Assembly: GCA_963771355.1 (NCBI GenBank)
Contig: CAVYTA010000006.1
Span: 864,001-928,000 of the forward strand
Length of the DNA: 64,000 bases
Reading direction: 5' to 3'
From: an uncultured Candidatus Rokubacteria bacterium
Lineage (GTDB): Bacteria; Methylomirabilota; Methylomirabilia; Rokubacteriales; CSP1-6
Below are positions 20,002 through 29,693 of this stretch, in pieces (position 1 is the first letter of the stretch; each line of letters begins with the position of its first letter). The notes beneath the pieces were generated by a model. The model saw nothing but the letters and a program-made list of their open reading frames with translations. It had not been told where the DNA came from and did not search any database. A program made the translations under genes and the position numbers.

Positions 20002-21096
20002 GTGAGCAAGTCCGAGCTCTTCGACAACCTCGACCAGCTCCGCCGGTCCGAGGGGAAGGTCGCCCTGGCGACCCTGGTGAACACACGCGGCACCACGCCC
20101 CGGAAGGAAGGCGCCCAGATGCTGGTGGGCGACGGGGGCCGCGTCCTGGGCTCCGTCACCATCGGCGGCTGCGTGGACGCCCAGGTGATCGAGGAGTCCA
20201 CGAAGGTGCTGGGCGCGAACCGGCCGCGGCTGCTCGAGCTGGATCTGGGCGACGAGGAGGCCTGGGAGATCGGGCTCACCTGCGGGGGCACCATCGAGGT
20301 GTTCATGGAGCCCGTCACGCTGGATCGACCCGGCGACGCCACCCTCGCCCTGTACGAGCGCGCGCGCGCCCACGCGGAAGCCGGCGGGCGGGCCGCCATC
20401 GTCACGCGGCTCGATGAGGCCGGCAACGGCGCCAAGCTCCTCGTCCTGGACACGGGCGTGGTCGAGGGCACCCTCGGCGACCCCACCCTCGACGCGCGCT
20501 TCGTGGAAGAGGCGACCCAGGCGAGCCGAGCCGGAATCTCGAAGACCCTCCTGGTGGAGGGGGTCCGCGCGTTCATCGAGGTGCAGGTCCCCCCGGCCAT
20601 CCTGGCCATGGTCGGGGCCAGCCACGTGGCCATGCCGCTGGTGACGCTCGCGCGCGCGCTCGCCTTCCGCACCATCGTGATCGACGGCCGCCCGCGCTTC
20701 GCGACGCGCGAGCGCTTCCCCGACGTGGACGATCTCCGCATCGGCATTCCCTCGGAGCTGGTCCGTGACATCCCGCTGATCGCCAGCACCGCGCTCGTGC
20801 TCGTCGCCCACGACTACAAGTACGACGTGCCGGTGCTCAAGCACGCGCTGACCACCCCCGTGGGCTATATCGGCCTGCTCGGCTCCAGCCGCCGCGGCGC
20901 CGCCATCCTCAACCTGCTCAGGGAGGACGGCGTGCCCGAGGAGCAGCTCGGGCGTGTCCGCGTTCCGATCGGCCTCGATCTGGGCGCGCAGTCCGCGCCG
21001 GAGATCGCCCTGGCGGTGCTGGCCGAGGTGCTGGCCGTGCAGCGGAAGGCCACCGGGCTCCCCATCAGCGAGAAGGTCCGCCGGGGGATCAAGTGA
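20002..21096 (+). CDS. xdhC: XdhC/CoxF-family Moco chaperone
   Basis: GTTPRKEGA, IGGCVD, GLTCGG, YIGLLGS, PIGLDLGA..PEIALA. Confidence 0.9.
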   Translation: MSKSELFDNLDQLRRSEGKVALATLVNTRGTTPRKEGAQMLVGDGGRVLGSVTIGGCVDAQVIEESTKVLGANRPRLLELDLGDEEAWEIGLTCGGTIEVFMEPVTLDRPGDATLALYERARAHAEAGGRAAIVTRLDEAGNGAKLLVLDTGVVEGTLGDPTLDARFVEEATQASRAGISKTLLVEGVRAFIEVQVPPAILAMVGASHVAMPLVTLARALAFRTIVIDGRPRFATRERFPDVDDLRIGIPSELVRDIPLIASTALVLVAHDYKYDVPVLKHALTTPVGYIGLLGSSRRGAAILNLLREDGVPEEQLGRVRVPIGLDLGAQSAPEIALAVLAEVLAVQRKATGLPISEKVRRGIK

Positions 21097-22136
21097 AGGC
21101 CCTCGCGCTCCGTCACGACGGGCTGGGCGCGAGCGCGCTGGCCGGCCGCATCGCCTGCCACGACGTCCGCGACCCGGGCGGCAAGATCGTGGTGCGCAAG
21201 GGGCAGACGCTCGACGCCGCGTCGGCGGCGCTGGCCCTGGCCGCGCCGTGGGAGGAAATCCACGTCCTCGAGCTCGAGCCCGGCGACGTCCACGAGGAGC
21301 CCGCGGGGGCGCGCATCGCCCAGGCGGCCGCCGGGGACGGCGTGGAGGTGCGCGGCTATACCGGCGGGCAGTGGACGCTCGCGGCGGCGCGGCGCGGCCT
21401 GGTGCGCGTGCGCGACGCGGCCCTGGCCGAGACCAACGCCCAGCCCGGCGTCTCGGTCTTCACGCTCTGGGATCTTCAGCCGGTGGACGCGGGCGAGGTG
21501 GTGGCCAAGGCCAAGGTCACCCCGCTGGCCATCGCCGAGCGAACCGTGAAGCACGTCGAGGGCAGCGCCTGGGGCGCGGGCGGCCTGGTGACCGTGCCTG
21601 GCTTTTCGCCCCGCACCATCGGCGCGGTATCCCGCGAGAGCCTCGAGCCCAAGCAGCGCGCACGCTTCGAGGCGGCGCTCCAGGAAAAGGTCGACTGGTT
21701 CGGGTCTCGCCTCTTGCCTCTGCGCTACTCGGGCGGCGACGCGGGGGCGGTGGCGGGCGACATCGAGGGCGTGATTCGCGAGGGGGCCGATCTCGTGATC
21801 GTGGCCGGGGCCAGCGCGCTCGATCCGCTCGACCCCGTGTTCCTCGGCATCGAGCGCGCGGGCGGGCGGATGGAGCGCCACGGCGTGCCTGCGCATCCGG
21901 GGAGCCTCCTCTTCCTGGCCTGGATCGGCGAGCGGCCCGTGCTGGGCATGCCCACCTGCGGGATGTTCTCCCAGGCCACCACGTTCGACCTGGTGCTCCC
22001 GCGCCTCCTCGCCGGCGAGCGCCTCGACAATGTCGCCCTCGCCGCGCTGGGCCAGGGCGGGCTCATGTCTGCGGAGAGCGCCTGGCGCTTTCCGCCGTAC
22101 CGGAAGAACGCGGCCCGCGGAGAGCTGGACGGATGA
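21093..22136 (+). CDS. Molybdopterin-binding (MoeA-like) domain protein
   Basis: LEPGDVHE, GASALDPLD, HGVPAHPGSLLFL, LGMPTC, FDLVLPRLLAG...LGQGGL; cluster context. Confidence 0.7.
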   Translation: MKALALRHDGLGASALAGRIACHDVRDPGGKIVVRKGQTLDAASAALALAAPWEEIHVLELEPGDVHEEPAGARIAQAAAGDGVEVRGYTGGQWTLAAARRGLVRVRDAALAETNAQPGVSVFTLWDLQPVDAGEVVAKAKVTPLAIAERTVKHVEGSAWGAGGLVTVPGFSPRTIGAVSRESLEPKQRARFEAALQEKVDWFGSRLLPLRYSGGDAGAVAGDIEGVIREGADLVIVAGASALDPLDPVFLGIERAGGRMERHGVPAHPGSLLFLAWIGERPVLGMPTCGMFSQATTFDLVLPRLLAGERLDNVALAALGQGGLMSAESAWRFPPYRKNAARGELDG

Positions 22137-22513
22137 GCGCGGTGCAGTACAGCGACGTCATCCGCGAGCGCTTCCGCCGCCCGCGCTTCCGCGGCCGGCT
22201 GCCCAATCCCGACGCCGCCTTCGAGGACGTGAATCCCTTGTGCGGGGACCGCATCCGCATCGAGTGCCGGCTGGAAGGCGGGCGCCTCGCCGAGGCCCTG
22301 CACCACGGCGATAGCTGCGCCATCTGCGCCGCGGCCGCCGACGTCCTGATCGAGCTGGGCCTGGGCCGACCGGTGGCGGAGGTCGCCCGCCTCGGCGCGG
22401 CCGACATCCTCGAGCGGCTGCAGGCGGATATTCGGCCCGCGCGGATGAAGTGCGTGACGCTGCCCATCACCGTGCTCCAGGGCGCGCTCGAGGGCAGGGA
22501 GGTGGCGCGATGA
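22133..22513 (+). CDS. sufU: SufU/IscU-family sulfur-acceptor or scaffold protein
   Basis: NPLCGDRI, GDSCAIC, PARMKCVTLP; ATG 22133. Confidence 0.85.
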   Translation: MSAVQYSDVIRERFRRPRFRGRLPNPDAAFEDVNPLCGDRIRIECRLEGGRLAEALHHGDSCAICAAAADVLIELGLGRPVAEVARLGAADILERLQADIRPARMKCVTLPITVLQGALEGREVAR

Positions 22514-23727
22514 CGCTCGGCGAGCAATGCCGCGGGGACTTCCCGATCCTGTCCCGGCTGGTCAATGGCCGGCCCCTCGTCTATCTGGACTCGGGCGCAT
22601 CGAGCCAGAAGCCGCGGCAGGTGCTGGACGCCATCCGCCATTTCTACGAACAGAGCAATGCCAACGTGCACCGGTCCATCCACACCCTCGGCGAGGAGGC
22701 CACCGAGGCCTACGAGGCCGCGCGCGATGCGGTGCGGGGCTTCGTGGGCGCGCGCGGCCGCGAGGAGATCATCTTCACCCGCGGTACCACCGAGGGCGTG
22801 AACATCGTCGCGCACGCCCTCGGCCGGACCCTCCAGCCCGGGGACGAGGTCATCGTCAGCGAGATGGAGCATCACTCCAATCTCATCCCCTGGCAGATGG
22901 TGTGCCGGGACCGGGGCGCTCGGCTACTGGCCGTCCCCCTCCAGGACGGCGCCTACCTGGACATGGCCGCCTATGCGCGCCTCCTCGGCCCCCGGACCCG
23001 GATGGTGGCGTTGACGCATATCTCGAACGTCCTGGGCACCATCAACCCGGTGGTCGACATCGTGCGCCAGGCCCACGCGGCGGGCGCGCAGGTGCTACTG
23101 GACGGCGCCCAGGCGGCGCCACACCTCCGGCTCGACCTGGCCGCGCTGGGTTGCGACTTCTATGTATTCTCCGGCCACAAGATGCTCGGGCCGACCGGCA
23201 TCGGCGTCCTCTACGGCCGCCGCGAAGTGCTCGAGGCCACCGAGCCCGCCATGGGTGGCAGCGAGATGATCAAGGAGGTCTGGATCGACCACGCCCAGTG
23301 GAACGACCTGCCGTGGCGCTTCGAGCCCGGCACGCCGCCCATCGCGCAGGCGGTGGGACTGCACGCCGCGGTGGACTATCTCGACAAGCTCGGCATGGAG
23401 CGCGTGGGCGCGCACGAGCGCGAGCTCACCGCCCGCTGCCTGGACGCGCTCGCCGCCATCCCCGGCGTCACGCTCTACGGACCCCGCAATCCCGAGATGA
23501 AGGGCGCGGTGGTGGCCTTCAACGTGGCCGGCATCCATCCTCACGACGGCGCCGCGCTGCTCGATCAGGCGGGCGTGGCGGTGCGCGCTGGACATCATTG
23601 CGCTCAGCCCCTGGCCAAGCGCCTCGGCATCGGGGGCGCGCTGCGCGCGAGCTTCTCCGTCTACAACACGGCCTCCGACGTGGATCGCCTCGCCGAGGCG
23701 GTGGCCCGCCTCGACGCCCAGCTCTGA
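22510..23727 (+). CDS. sufS: Group II cysteine desulfurase
   Basis: VYLDSGASSQKP, EMEHHSN, FSGHKMLGPTG, VRAGHHCAQPL. Confidence 0.93.
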   Translation: MTLGEQCRGDFPILSRLVNGRPLVYLDSGASSQKPRQVLDAIRHFYEQSNANVHRSIHTLGEEATEAYEAARDAVRGFVGARGREEIIFTRGTTEGVNIVAHALGRTLQPGDEVIVSEMEHHSNLIPWQMVCRDRGARLLAVPLQDGAYLDMAAYARLLGPRTRMVALTHISNVLGTINPVVDIVRQAHAAGAQVLLDGAQAAPHLRLDLAALGCDFYVFSGHKMLGPTGIGVLYGRREVLEATEPAMGGSEMIKEVWIDHAQWNDLPWRFEPGTPPIAQAVGLHAAVDYLDKLGMERVGAHERELTARCLDALAAIPGVTLYGPRNPEMKGAVVAFNVAGIHPHDGAALLDQAGVAVRAGHHCAQPLAKRLGIGGALRASFSVYNTASDVDRLAEAVARLDAQL

Positions 23728-25340
23728 TGGCGGGCCCCGCCGCGGCCGCCAGCCTGATCTTCATCGGAGGCCGCGTCCACACCGTCAATCCCGCCGACGA
23801 CGTCGTCTCCGCGCTCGCGGTGGGGGGCGGCCGGATCCTCGCCGTGGGTGCCGACGCCGACGCGCTCGCCCACCGCGGCCCGGGCACGCAGATGGTGGAG
23901 CTGCGCGGCCGTTCCCTGCTGCCGGGCTTCATCGACGCGCACTGTCACTTCCCGAGTCTGGGCGTGTCGATGACCGCCATCGATTGCAAGGCCCCCGGCA
24001 TGCAATCCATCGAGGCCCTCCAGAAGGCGGTCCGCGAGCGGGCGGCCACCCAGCCCGCCGGGACCTGGATCCGCGGGCGTGGCTACGATCAATCGCGGCT
24101 GGCGGAGCGGCGGCATCCCAACCGGCTGGATTGGGACATGGTGGCGCCCGAGCACCCCGTGATCTTCACGCGCACCTGTGGTCACATCGCGTCCGTGTCG
24201 AGCCGCGCCCTCGCGCGGGCGGGGCTCGACGACGCCACGCCCGATCCGCCGGGCGGCCGCCACGATCGAGCCGACGGCCGGCTCCTGGGCGTCGCCTACG
24301 AGACCGCACAGACCCCCCTCCAGGTCGCCTCGCTCCCCACGGAGGCGGAATTCCGCGAGGGACTCCTCCGCGCGGATCAGGCCTATCTCGCCGCGGGCGC
24401 CACCAGCGTGCACGACGCGGGGGGGCTGGTGGGGCCGGCCTTCGCGCCCTGTCAGGCGCTCGCCGAGACCGGCCGTCTCCACGTGCGGCTCTACGCCTTC
24501 GCCACCGTGAATAGTCGCCAGCACCCGCTGCTGGGGCTGCTCGCCAGCGGCATTCGCACCGGGCTCGGCGACGCGCGGCTGAGAGTGGGCGCCTTCAAGG
24601 TGATGACGGACGGTTCCTCGAGCGGGCCCACCGCGGCCACCCGCGAGCCGTACCACTCCAACTGCCAGGACTCCGGCATCCTCTACTGGAGCCAGGCCGA
24701 TCTCGACGATCTGCTGGGCCAGGCGCACCGCGCGGGCTTCCAGTGCACGGTACACGCGGTCGGCGATCGCGCCATCCTCCAGACTCTGGACGCGCTGGCC
24801 CGCGCGCAGCGCGAGGCACCCCGCGAGGGGCTGCGCCATCGGATCGAGCACTGCGGCATCTGTCCCCCCGATCTGCAGGCGCGCGTCCGCGCGCAGGGCA
24901 TCGTGCCCGCGATGCAGCCGGCGTTCTTCTGGGAGTTCGGCGACGGCTATATCCGCAACTACGGGCGGGAGCGCGCCGACACCATGTTTCCGGCTCGGAG
25001 CCTCATCGCCGCGGGAGTTCCGGTGGCGGGCAGCTCGGACGCGCCGGTGACGCACTACGCGCCCCTTTTCGGCATCGAGCAGGCGCTGACCCGGGCCACC
25101 ATGGACGGTGACGTCTGCGGCCCGGGGGAGCGGGTCGACCTCGCCACCGCCATCCGCATGCACACGCTCAACGGCGCGTACGCGGCCTTCGAGGAGCGCG
25201 AGAAGGGCAGCCTCGAGCCCGGCAAGCTCGCCGACCTGGTGCTGCTCGGCGAGGACCTCACCCGCGTGCCTACCACCCGTCTCCGCCACGTGGAAGTGGC
25301 GATGACGGTGGTGGGCGGAGAGATCGTGCACCCGGCGTGA
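23727..25340 (+). CDS. YtcJ-like metal-dependent amidohydrolase (Amidohydro_3)
   Basis: PGFIDAHCH, HAVGDRA, HRIEHC, GSSDAPV, GSLEPGKLADLVLL. Confidence 0.9.
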   Translation: MAGPAAAASLIFIGGRVHTVNPADDVVSALAVGGGRILAVGADADALAHRGPGTQMVELRGRSLLPGFIDAHCHFPSLGVSMTAIDCKAPGMQSIEALQKAVRERAATQPAGTWIRGRGYDQSRLAERRHPNRLDWDMVAPEHPVIFTRTCGHIASVSSRALARAGLDDATPDPPGGRHDRADGRLLGVAYETAQTPLQVASLPTEAEFREGLLRADQAYLAAGATSVHDAGGLVGPAFAPCQALAETGRLHVRLYAFATVNSRQHPLLGLLASGIRTGLGDARLRVGAFKVMTDGSSSGPTAATREPYHSNCQDSGILYWSQADLDDLLGQAHRAGFQCTVHAVGDRAILQTLDALARAQREAPREGLRHRIEHCGICPPDLQARVRAQGIVPAMQPAFFWEFGDGYIRNYGRERADTMFPARSLIAAGVPVAGSSDAPVTHYAPLFGIEQALTRATMDGDVCGPGERVDLATAIRMHTLNGAYAAFEEREKGSLEPGKLADLVLLGEDLTRVPTTRLRHVEVAMTVVGGEIVHPA

Positions 25341-26284
25341 TGCCCGACGATCATCCGCGCCCCACCGACGCCTTCACCTCGCCGCGCTTCGGCCAGATCG
25401 CCACCTTCATGCGGCTGCCGCACGTGACCTCACCGGCGGGGCTCGACGTGGCGCTCTACGGGATCCCCTTCGATGGCGGCTGCTCGTACCGCCCGGGAGC
25501 CCGGTTCGGCCCTCGGCACATCCGAGAGCACTCCTCGCTCCTCCGCCCCTGGAACCCCACGCTCCGGGTGCACCCCTTCGACCGGCTACGCGTGGCCGAC
25601 TGCGGCGACGTGGACGTCGTGCCGATCTCCATCGAGGGCACCTTCGCCGCCATCGAGCGCACCCTGGCTCCGGCGGTGGACGGGGGCGCCACGCCGCTGA
25701 TCGCCGGCGGCGACCACACGATCACGCTGGCCGTCCTGCGCGTGCTCGCCCGGCGCCATGGGCGCCTGGGGCTCATCCACTTCGACGCGCATCCCGACAC
25801 CTGGGACCGCTACTTCGGCCTGCCCTACTACCACGGCAGCACCTTCCGGCGCGCGGCGGAGGAAGGTCTCATCGACGGGACGCGCTCCATCCAGGTCGGC
25901 ATCCGCGGGCCGCTCTACGGGCCCGACGATTTCGACTTCCAGGCCGCGCAGGGATTCGAGGTGATCCGGATCGAGGAAGTGAAGGAGCGCGGCGTGGCCT
26001 GGGTGGCGGAGCGGCTCGCCCGGCTGGCCGGCGGGCCGGTCTACTGCTCGTTCGACATCGACGCGGTGGATCCCGCCTATGCGCCCGCCACCGGAACGCC
26101 GGAGGTGGGCGGCCTCACCGCCTATGAGGCGCTCGCCCTCGTCCGTGCGCTCCGGCCCATCGATCTGCGCGGCGCCGACGTGGTGGAAGTGGCGCCGCCT
26201 TACGACGGGCCCGGCGCCATCACCGGGCTCCTCGCCGCCAATATCCTCTTCGAGCTCCTCTCGCTCCTCGCGCTCCGCCGCTAG
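25340..26284 (+). CDS. speB: Agmatinase/ureohydrolase-family enzyme
   Basis: RPGARFGP, GGDHTIT, HFDAHPD, SFDIDAVDP, GTPEVGG, DVVEVAP. Start ATG 25340 or GTG 25337; exact substrate uncertain. Confidence 0.8.
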   Translation: MPDDHPRPTDAFTSPRFGQIATFMRLPHVTSPAGLDVALYGIPFDGGCSYRPGARFGPRHIREHSSLLRPWNPTLRVHPFDRLRVADCGDVDVVPISIEGTFAAIERTLAPAVDGGATPLIAGGDHTITLAVLRVLARRHGRLGLIHFDAHPDTWDRYFGLPYYHGSTFRRAAEEGLIDGTRSIQVGIRGPLYGPDDFDFQAAQGFEVIRIEEVKERGVAWVAERLARLAGGPVYCSFDIDAVDPAYAPATGTPEVGGLTAYEALALVRALRPIDLRGADVVEVAPPYDGPGAITGLLAANILFELLSLLALRR

Positions 26285-26327
26285 TCACCGGCTCGGCCAC
26301 CGTGTCCCCGCGTGCTATCATGCGGGC

Positions 26328-27644
26328 GTGGAGTCAGCCACGCGTCGGGCTCCGCTCGCCACGCTCCTCCTCCTCTTTGCGTTCTTCGCCGTCGGGGTCG
26401 CTTCGGGCGCCGCGCCCGCCCCGGTGGCGGTGATCGACATCGAGGGCGCCATCACCCCGGTGACGGTGCGCCTGGTCTCCGCCGCGGTGGAGCGCGCTCA
26501 GGCCGAGCGCGCCCAGGCTCTCGTCATCCAGCTCGACACCCCGGGGGGACTCGAGCGCTCCATGCGCTCCATCGTGCAGTCGATCCTCAACTCCGAGGTG
26601 CCGGTGATCGTCTACGTGGCGCCCACGGGTGGGCGGGCCGCGTCCGCGGGGGTGTTCATCACCATGGCCGCGCACGTGGCCGCGATGGCGCCCGCCACCA
26701 ATATCGGCGCGGCGCACCCGGTGGCGGTGGGAGGCGGCGGGCCGGACAAGGAGATGATGAAGAAGATCGAGAACGACGCCGCCGCCTTCGCGCGCACCAT
26801 CGCGGTGGAGCGGGGGCGCAACGCGGAGTGGGCAGAGAAGGCGGTGCGGTCGTCGGTGTCGGTGACCGAGCGCGAGGCGGTGAAGCTCAAGATCGTGGAC
26901 CTGGTGGCCGACAATCTGACGGACCTCCTGGCCAAGGTCGACGGCCGGACCGTGAAGACGGCGAAGGGGACGGTGACGCTCCAGACCAAGGACGCGTCCC
27001 TCAAGAAGATCGAGGTCAAGTTCCGCGACCGGTTCCTCGCGCTGATCTCCGACCCCAATATCGCCTACATCCTCATGATGGTCGGGATGCTGGGCATCTT
27101 CTTCGAGCTCTCCAATCCCGGCGTCATTCTGCCCGGCGTCCTTGGCGGCATCAGCCTCATCCTGGCCTTCTTCGCCTTCCAGAGCCTGCCCATCAACTGG
27201 GCGGGAGTGCTCCTCATCCTCTTCGGCGTGGCCCTGCTCATCGCGGAGATCAAGGTGGTGAGCCATGGCGTCCTCACGATCGGTGGCGTGGTGGCCATGC
27301 TCCTGGGCTCGATGATGCTCTTCGACGCGCCCGAGGCCGGCGGGCTCCGCGTCTCCTGGTTTGTGATCGTGCCCGCGGTGGCCTCCACGGCGGGTCTGGT
27401 GGTGGTCGGCCTCACCTTCGGAATGCGGGCGCTGTACCGGAAGCCCACCACCGGCGAGAGTGGGATGGTCGGGGAGATCGGCGTGGTCAGGAGCCCGCTG
27501 GCCCCGGAAGGCCAGGTGCTGGTGCACGGCGAGCTCTGGCAGGCGATCGCCCAAAACGGGCCGGTGGCGGTCGGCGAGAAGGTCGAGGTGGTCGGGGTGA
27601 ATGGCCTCACCCTCACCGTGGTCAAGGCAGCCGACCGGCGCTGA
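26328..27644 (+). CDS. nfeD: Long-form NfeD membrane-bound serine protease
   Basis: Signal peptide, [22 protein letters not shown] block, C-terminal OB domain (G.V.V.GELW); followed by a slipin gene. Confidence 0.9.
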   Translation: MESATRRAPLATLLLLFAFFAVGVASGAAPAPVAVIDIEGAITPVTVRLVSAAVERAQAERAQALVIQLDTPGGLERSMRSIVQSILNSEVPVIVYVAPTGGRAASAGVFITMAAHVAAMAPATNIGAAHPVAVGGGGPDKEMMKKIENDAAAFARTIAVERGRNAEWAEKAVRSSVSVTEREAVKLKIVDLVADNLTDLLAKVDGRTVKTAKGTVTLQTKDASLKKIEVKFRDRFLALISDPNIAYILMMVGMLGIFFELSNPGVILPGVLGGISLILAFFAFQSLPINWAGVLLILFGVALLIAEIKVVSHGVLTIGGVVAMLLGSMMLFDAPEAGGLRVSWFVIVPAVASTAGLVVVGLTFGMRALYRKPTTGESGMVGEIGVVRSPLAPEGQVLVHGELWQAIAQNGPVAVGEKVEVVGVNGLTLTVVKAADRR

Positions 27645-27663
27645 GCGCCGAGAGGAGAAGGAT

Positions 27664-28479
27664 ATGGGCGGCTTCGAGATGAGCATCGGCTTGATCCTGG
27701 TCCTGATTGTCGGCGTCTTCGTGATCGGCTCCTCGGTCCGCATCCTGCGCGAGTACGAGCGGGGAGTGATCTTCCGGTTCGGCCGGCGGGCGAACGCAGT
27801 GTTGAATCCCGGCGGCGACGGCTCGGGGCCGGGACTGGTGCTCCTCTTGCCCTTCGTGGACAAGATGGTCAAGGTGAGCCTCCGCACCATCACCATGGAC
27901 GTGCCCCCCCAGGACGTGATCACGCGCGACAACGTCTCGGTGAAGGTGAACGCGGTGATCTTCTTCCGCGTGCTGGACTCGGCCAAGGCGGTGATCAGCG
28001 TGGAGGACTACCTCTATGCCACCTCGCAGATCGCCCAGACCACGCTACGCAGCGTGCTCGGTCAGCAGGAACTGGATGATCTCCTCTCCTCGCGGGACAA
28101 GATCAACCAGGAGCTGACGCGCATCATCGACGAGCACACCAATCCCTGGGGGATCAAAGTGGCGGCGGTGGAGGTCAAGAACGTGGACCTACCCCAGGAT
28201 ATGCAGCGCGCCATGTCCAAGCAGGCCGAGGCCGAGCGCGAGCGCCGAGCCAAGGTCATCAACGCGGACGGCGAGTTCCAGGCCGCCGCCAAGCTCTCCG
28301 AGGCGGCCGACGTCCTCTCGCGCTTCCCCATCGCCATCCAGCTCCGCTATCTCCAGACCATGCGGGAGATCGCCTCCGAGCGGAACACCACCACCTTCTT
28401 CCCGGTGCCGGTGGATCTCCTGGGCTCGCTCCGGACCGTGCTGGGCACCGCGGACGGCCAGGGCGCCGCCAAGAGCTGA
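27664..28479 (+). CDS. Slipin/stomatin (SPFH) protein
   Basis: [57 protein letters not shown]. Confidence 0.93.
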   Translation: MGGFEMSIGLILVLIVGVFVIGSSVRILREYERGVIFRFGRRANAVLNPGGDGSGPGLVLLLPFVDKMVKVSLRTITMDVPPQDVITRDNVSVKVNAVIFFRVLDSAKAVISVEDYLYATSQIAQTTLRSVLGQQELDDLLSSRDKINQELTRIIDEHTNPWGIKVAAVEVKNVDLPQDMQRAMSKQAEAERERRAKVINADGEFQAAAKLSEAADVLSRFPIAIQLRYLQTMREIASERNTTTFFPVPVDLLGSLRTVLGTADGQGAAKS

Positions 28480-28505
28480 CCGGGCGCGGAGGGGACGCGC
28501 ATCCC

Positions 28506-28534
28506 TTGTCGCGCGACGTCACCCCGAGTAGACT
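28506..28534 (+). promoter_or_regulatory. Sigma70-type promoter for tRNA-Ala
   Basis: TTGTCG, 17 nt, TAGACT, ending 14 nt before the tRNA. Confidence 0.55.
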
Positions 28535-28548
28535 ATGGTGGTTGTGAC

Positions 28549-28624
28549 GGGGGGTTAGCTCAGTTGGGAGAGCGCGGCGTTCGCAACGCCGAGGTCGAGG
28601 GTTCGACTCCCTTACCCTCCACCA
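28549..28624 (+). tRNA. tRNA-Ala (anticodon CGC)
   Basis: 76-nt cloverleaf: acceptor GGGGGGT/ACCCTCC with G3:U70, D arm GCTC/GAGC, anticodon arm CGGCG-TTCGCAA-CGCCG, T loop TTCGACT, encoded CCA. Confidence 0.97.
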
Positions 28625-28637
28625 TTCCACGACGCAG

Positions 28638-28672
28638 CGAAGGCCGGGGGCGCGCTACGCTCCCGGCCTTCG
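28638..28672 (+). other. Strong hairpin just 3' of the tRNA (terminator or processing stem, no clear U tract)
   Basis: CGAAGGCCGGG(GGCG)-CGCTA-(CGCT)CCCGGCCTTCG. Confidence 0.55.
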
Positions 28673-28715
28673 TGCTTGGAGAGGAGACCCGCATGGCCAT
28701 CCTCGCGTACTTCTC

Positions 28716-29228
28716 ATGAGCGTCACGCTGGTCGTCGCGGGGTTGAGCATTTCGGTCCAGCCCGCCGACACGCAGTCGTCCGCCCCGAGCGCTGGCCTCG
28801 CCTCGATCCGGGCGCGGCTGATCGGGCCGAACGGCGCGCTCCTCGTCGCCCCGCGCAGCGACACCGAGCTCTATGCGGGAACCTTGTCCGCGACCGAGAT
28901 GCCCGAACTGCTGGCGCTGGCGCGAGAGTGCGCCGTCTTGCCCGCGCGCACCGAGATCACCCTGAACGCGAGCCTGGGCGACGCGCCGGTGAAGGTGAAG
29001 GTCGAGCGTGACACGGTCGGACGCCTGGACGTGCAGTTGCGCGGGATCCCGTTCCCGGATCGCGCCCGGCTCTTCGAGCTCGCCGAATCTTTCCTGGCCC
29101 GGGGTGCCTTCGACGTCCGCGGGGAAGGCCCGGTGGCGGGCAAGAACCGCCACCGGCTCACGCAACGTGCCCATCCCGATCGAGTTCGTCAAGGGCGGGC
29201 CCTGACGGCCCCAGACAGGAGAACATGA
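28716..29228 (+). CDS. Hypothetical protein, possibly exported; both ends uncertain
   Basis: Fills the gap between tRNA and usp, with a hydrophobic N-terminus and GC3-rich codons in the middle; no family recognised. Confidence 0.45.
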   Translation: MSVTLVVAGLSISVQPADTQSSAPSAGLASIRARLIGPNGALLVAPRSDTELYAGTLSATEMPELLALARECAVLPARTEITLNASLGDAPVKVKVERDTVGRLDVQLRGIPFPDRARLFELAESFLARGAFDVRGEGPVAGKNRHRLTQRAHPDRVRQGRALTAPDRRT

Positions 29229-29674
29229 TGGCTCGCATCCGGCGCATCCTGCATCCCACGGACTTCTCCTCCGCCTCACGCGCGGCCTTCAAGCGGGCGC
29301 TCGAACTGGCCCGGACCAGCCGGGCGCAGCTCATCATCGCGCACGTCATCGAGCCCACCGTGCCCATGGTGGGGGAGGGCTACATCCCGCCCCAGACCTA
29401 CGAGGCCATCGAAGCCTCCACGCGCGCGTACGCCAAACGGGGACTCGACAAGGTCGTGAAGCAGGCGCGCAAAGCGGGCGTGCGCGCAACCGCGCGCATC
29501 CTGGAGGGGACACCGCACGAGCGCATCGTGCGGGCGGCCCGGGGGCTACGCGCGGACCTGATCGTCATGGGGACCCATGGCCGGGCAGGCCTGGCGCGCC
29601 TCATCCTCGGCAGCGTGGCCGGGCGCGTGATCGCGATGGCCCACTGCCCGGTCATGACGGTCCGGGGAAAGTAA
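29225..29674 (+). CDS. Universal stress protein (UspA family)
   Basis: ILHPTDFSSAS, DLIVMGTHGRAGLARLILGSVA...HCPVMTV; SD AGGAG. Confidence 0.93.
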   Translation: MMARIRRILHPTDFSSASRAAFKRALELARTSRAQLIIAHVIEPTVPMVGEGYIPPQTYEAIEASTRAYAKRGLDKVVKQARKAGVRATARILEGTPHERIVRAARGLRADLIVMGTHGRAGLARLILGSVAGRVIAMAHCPVMTVRGK

Positions 29675-29693
29675 CGGGGCGCTCGGTCCGGAC

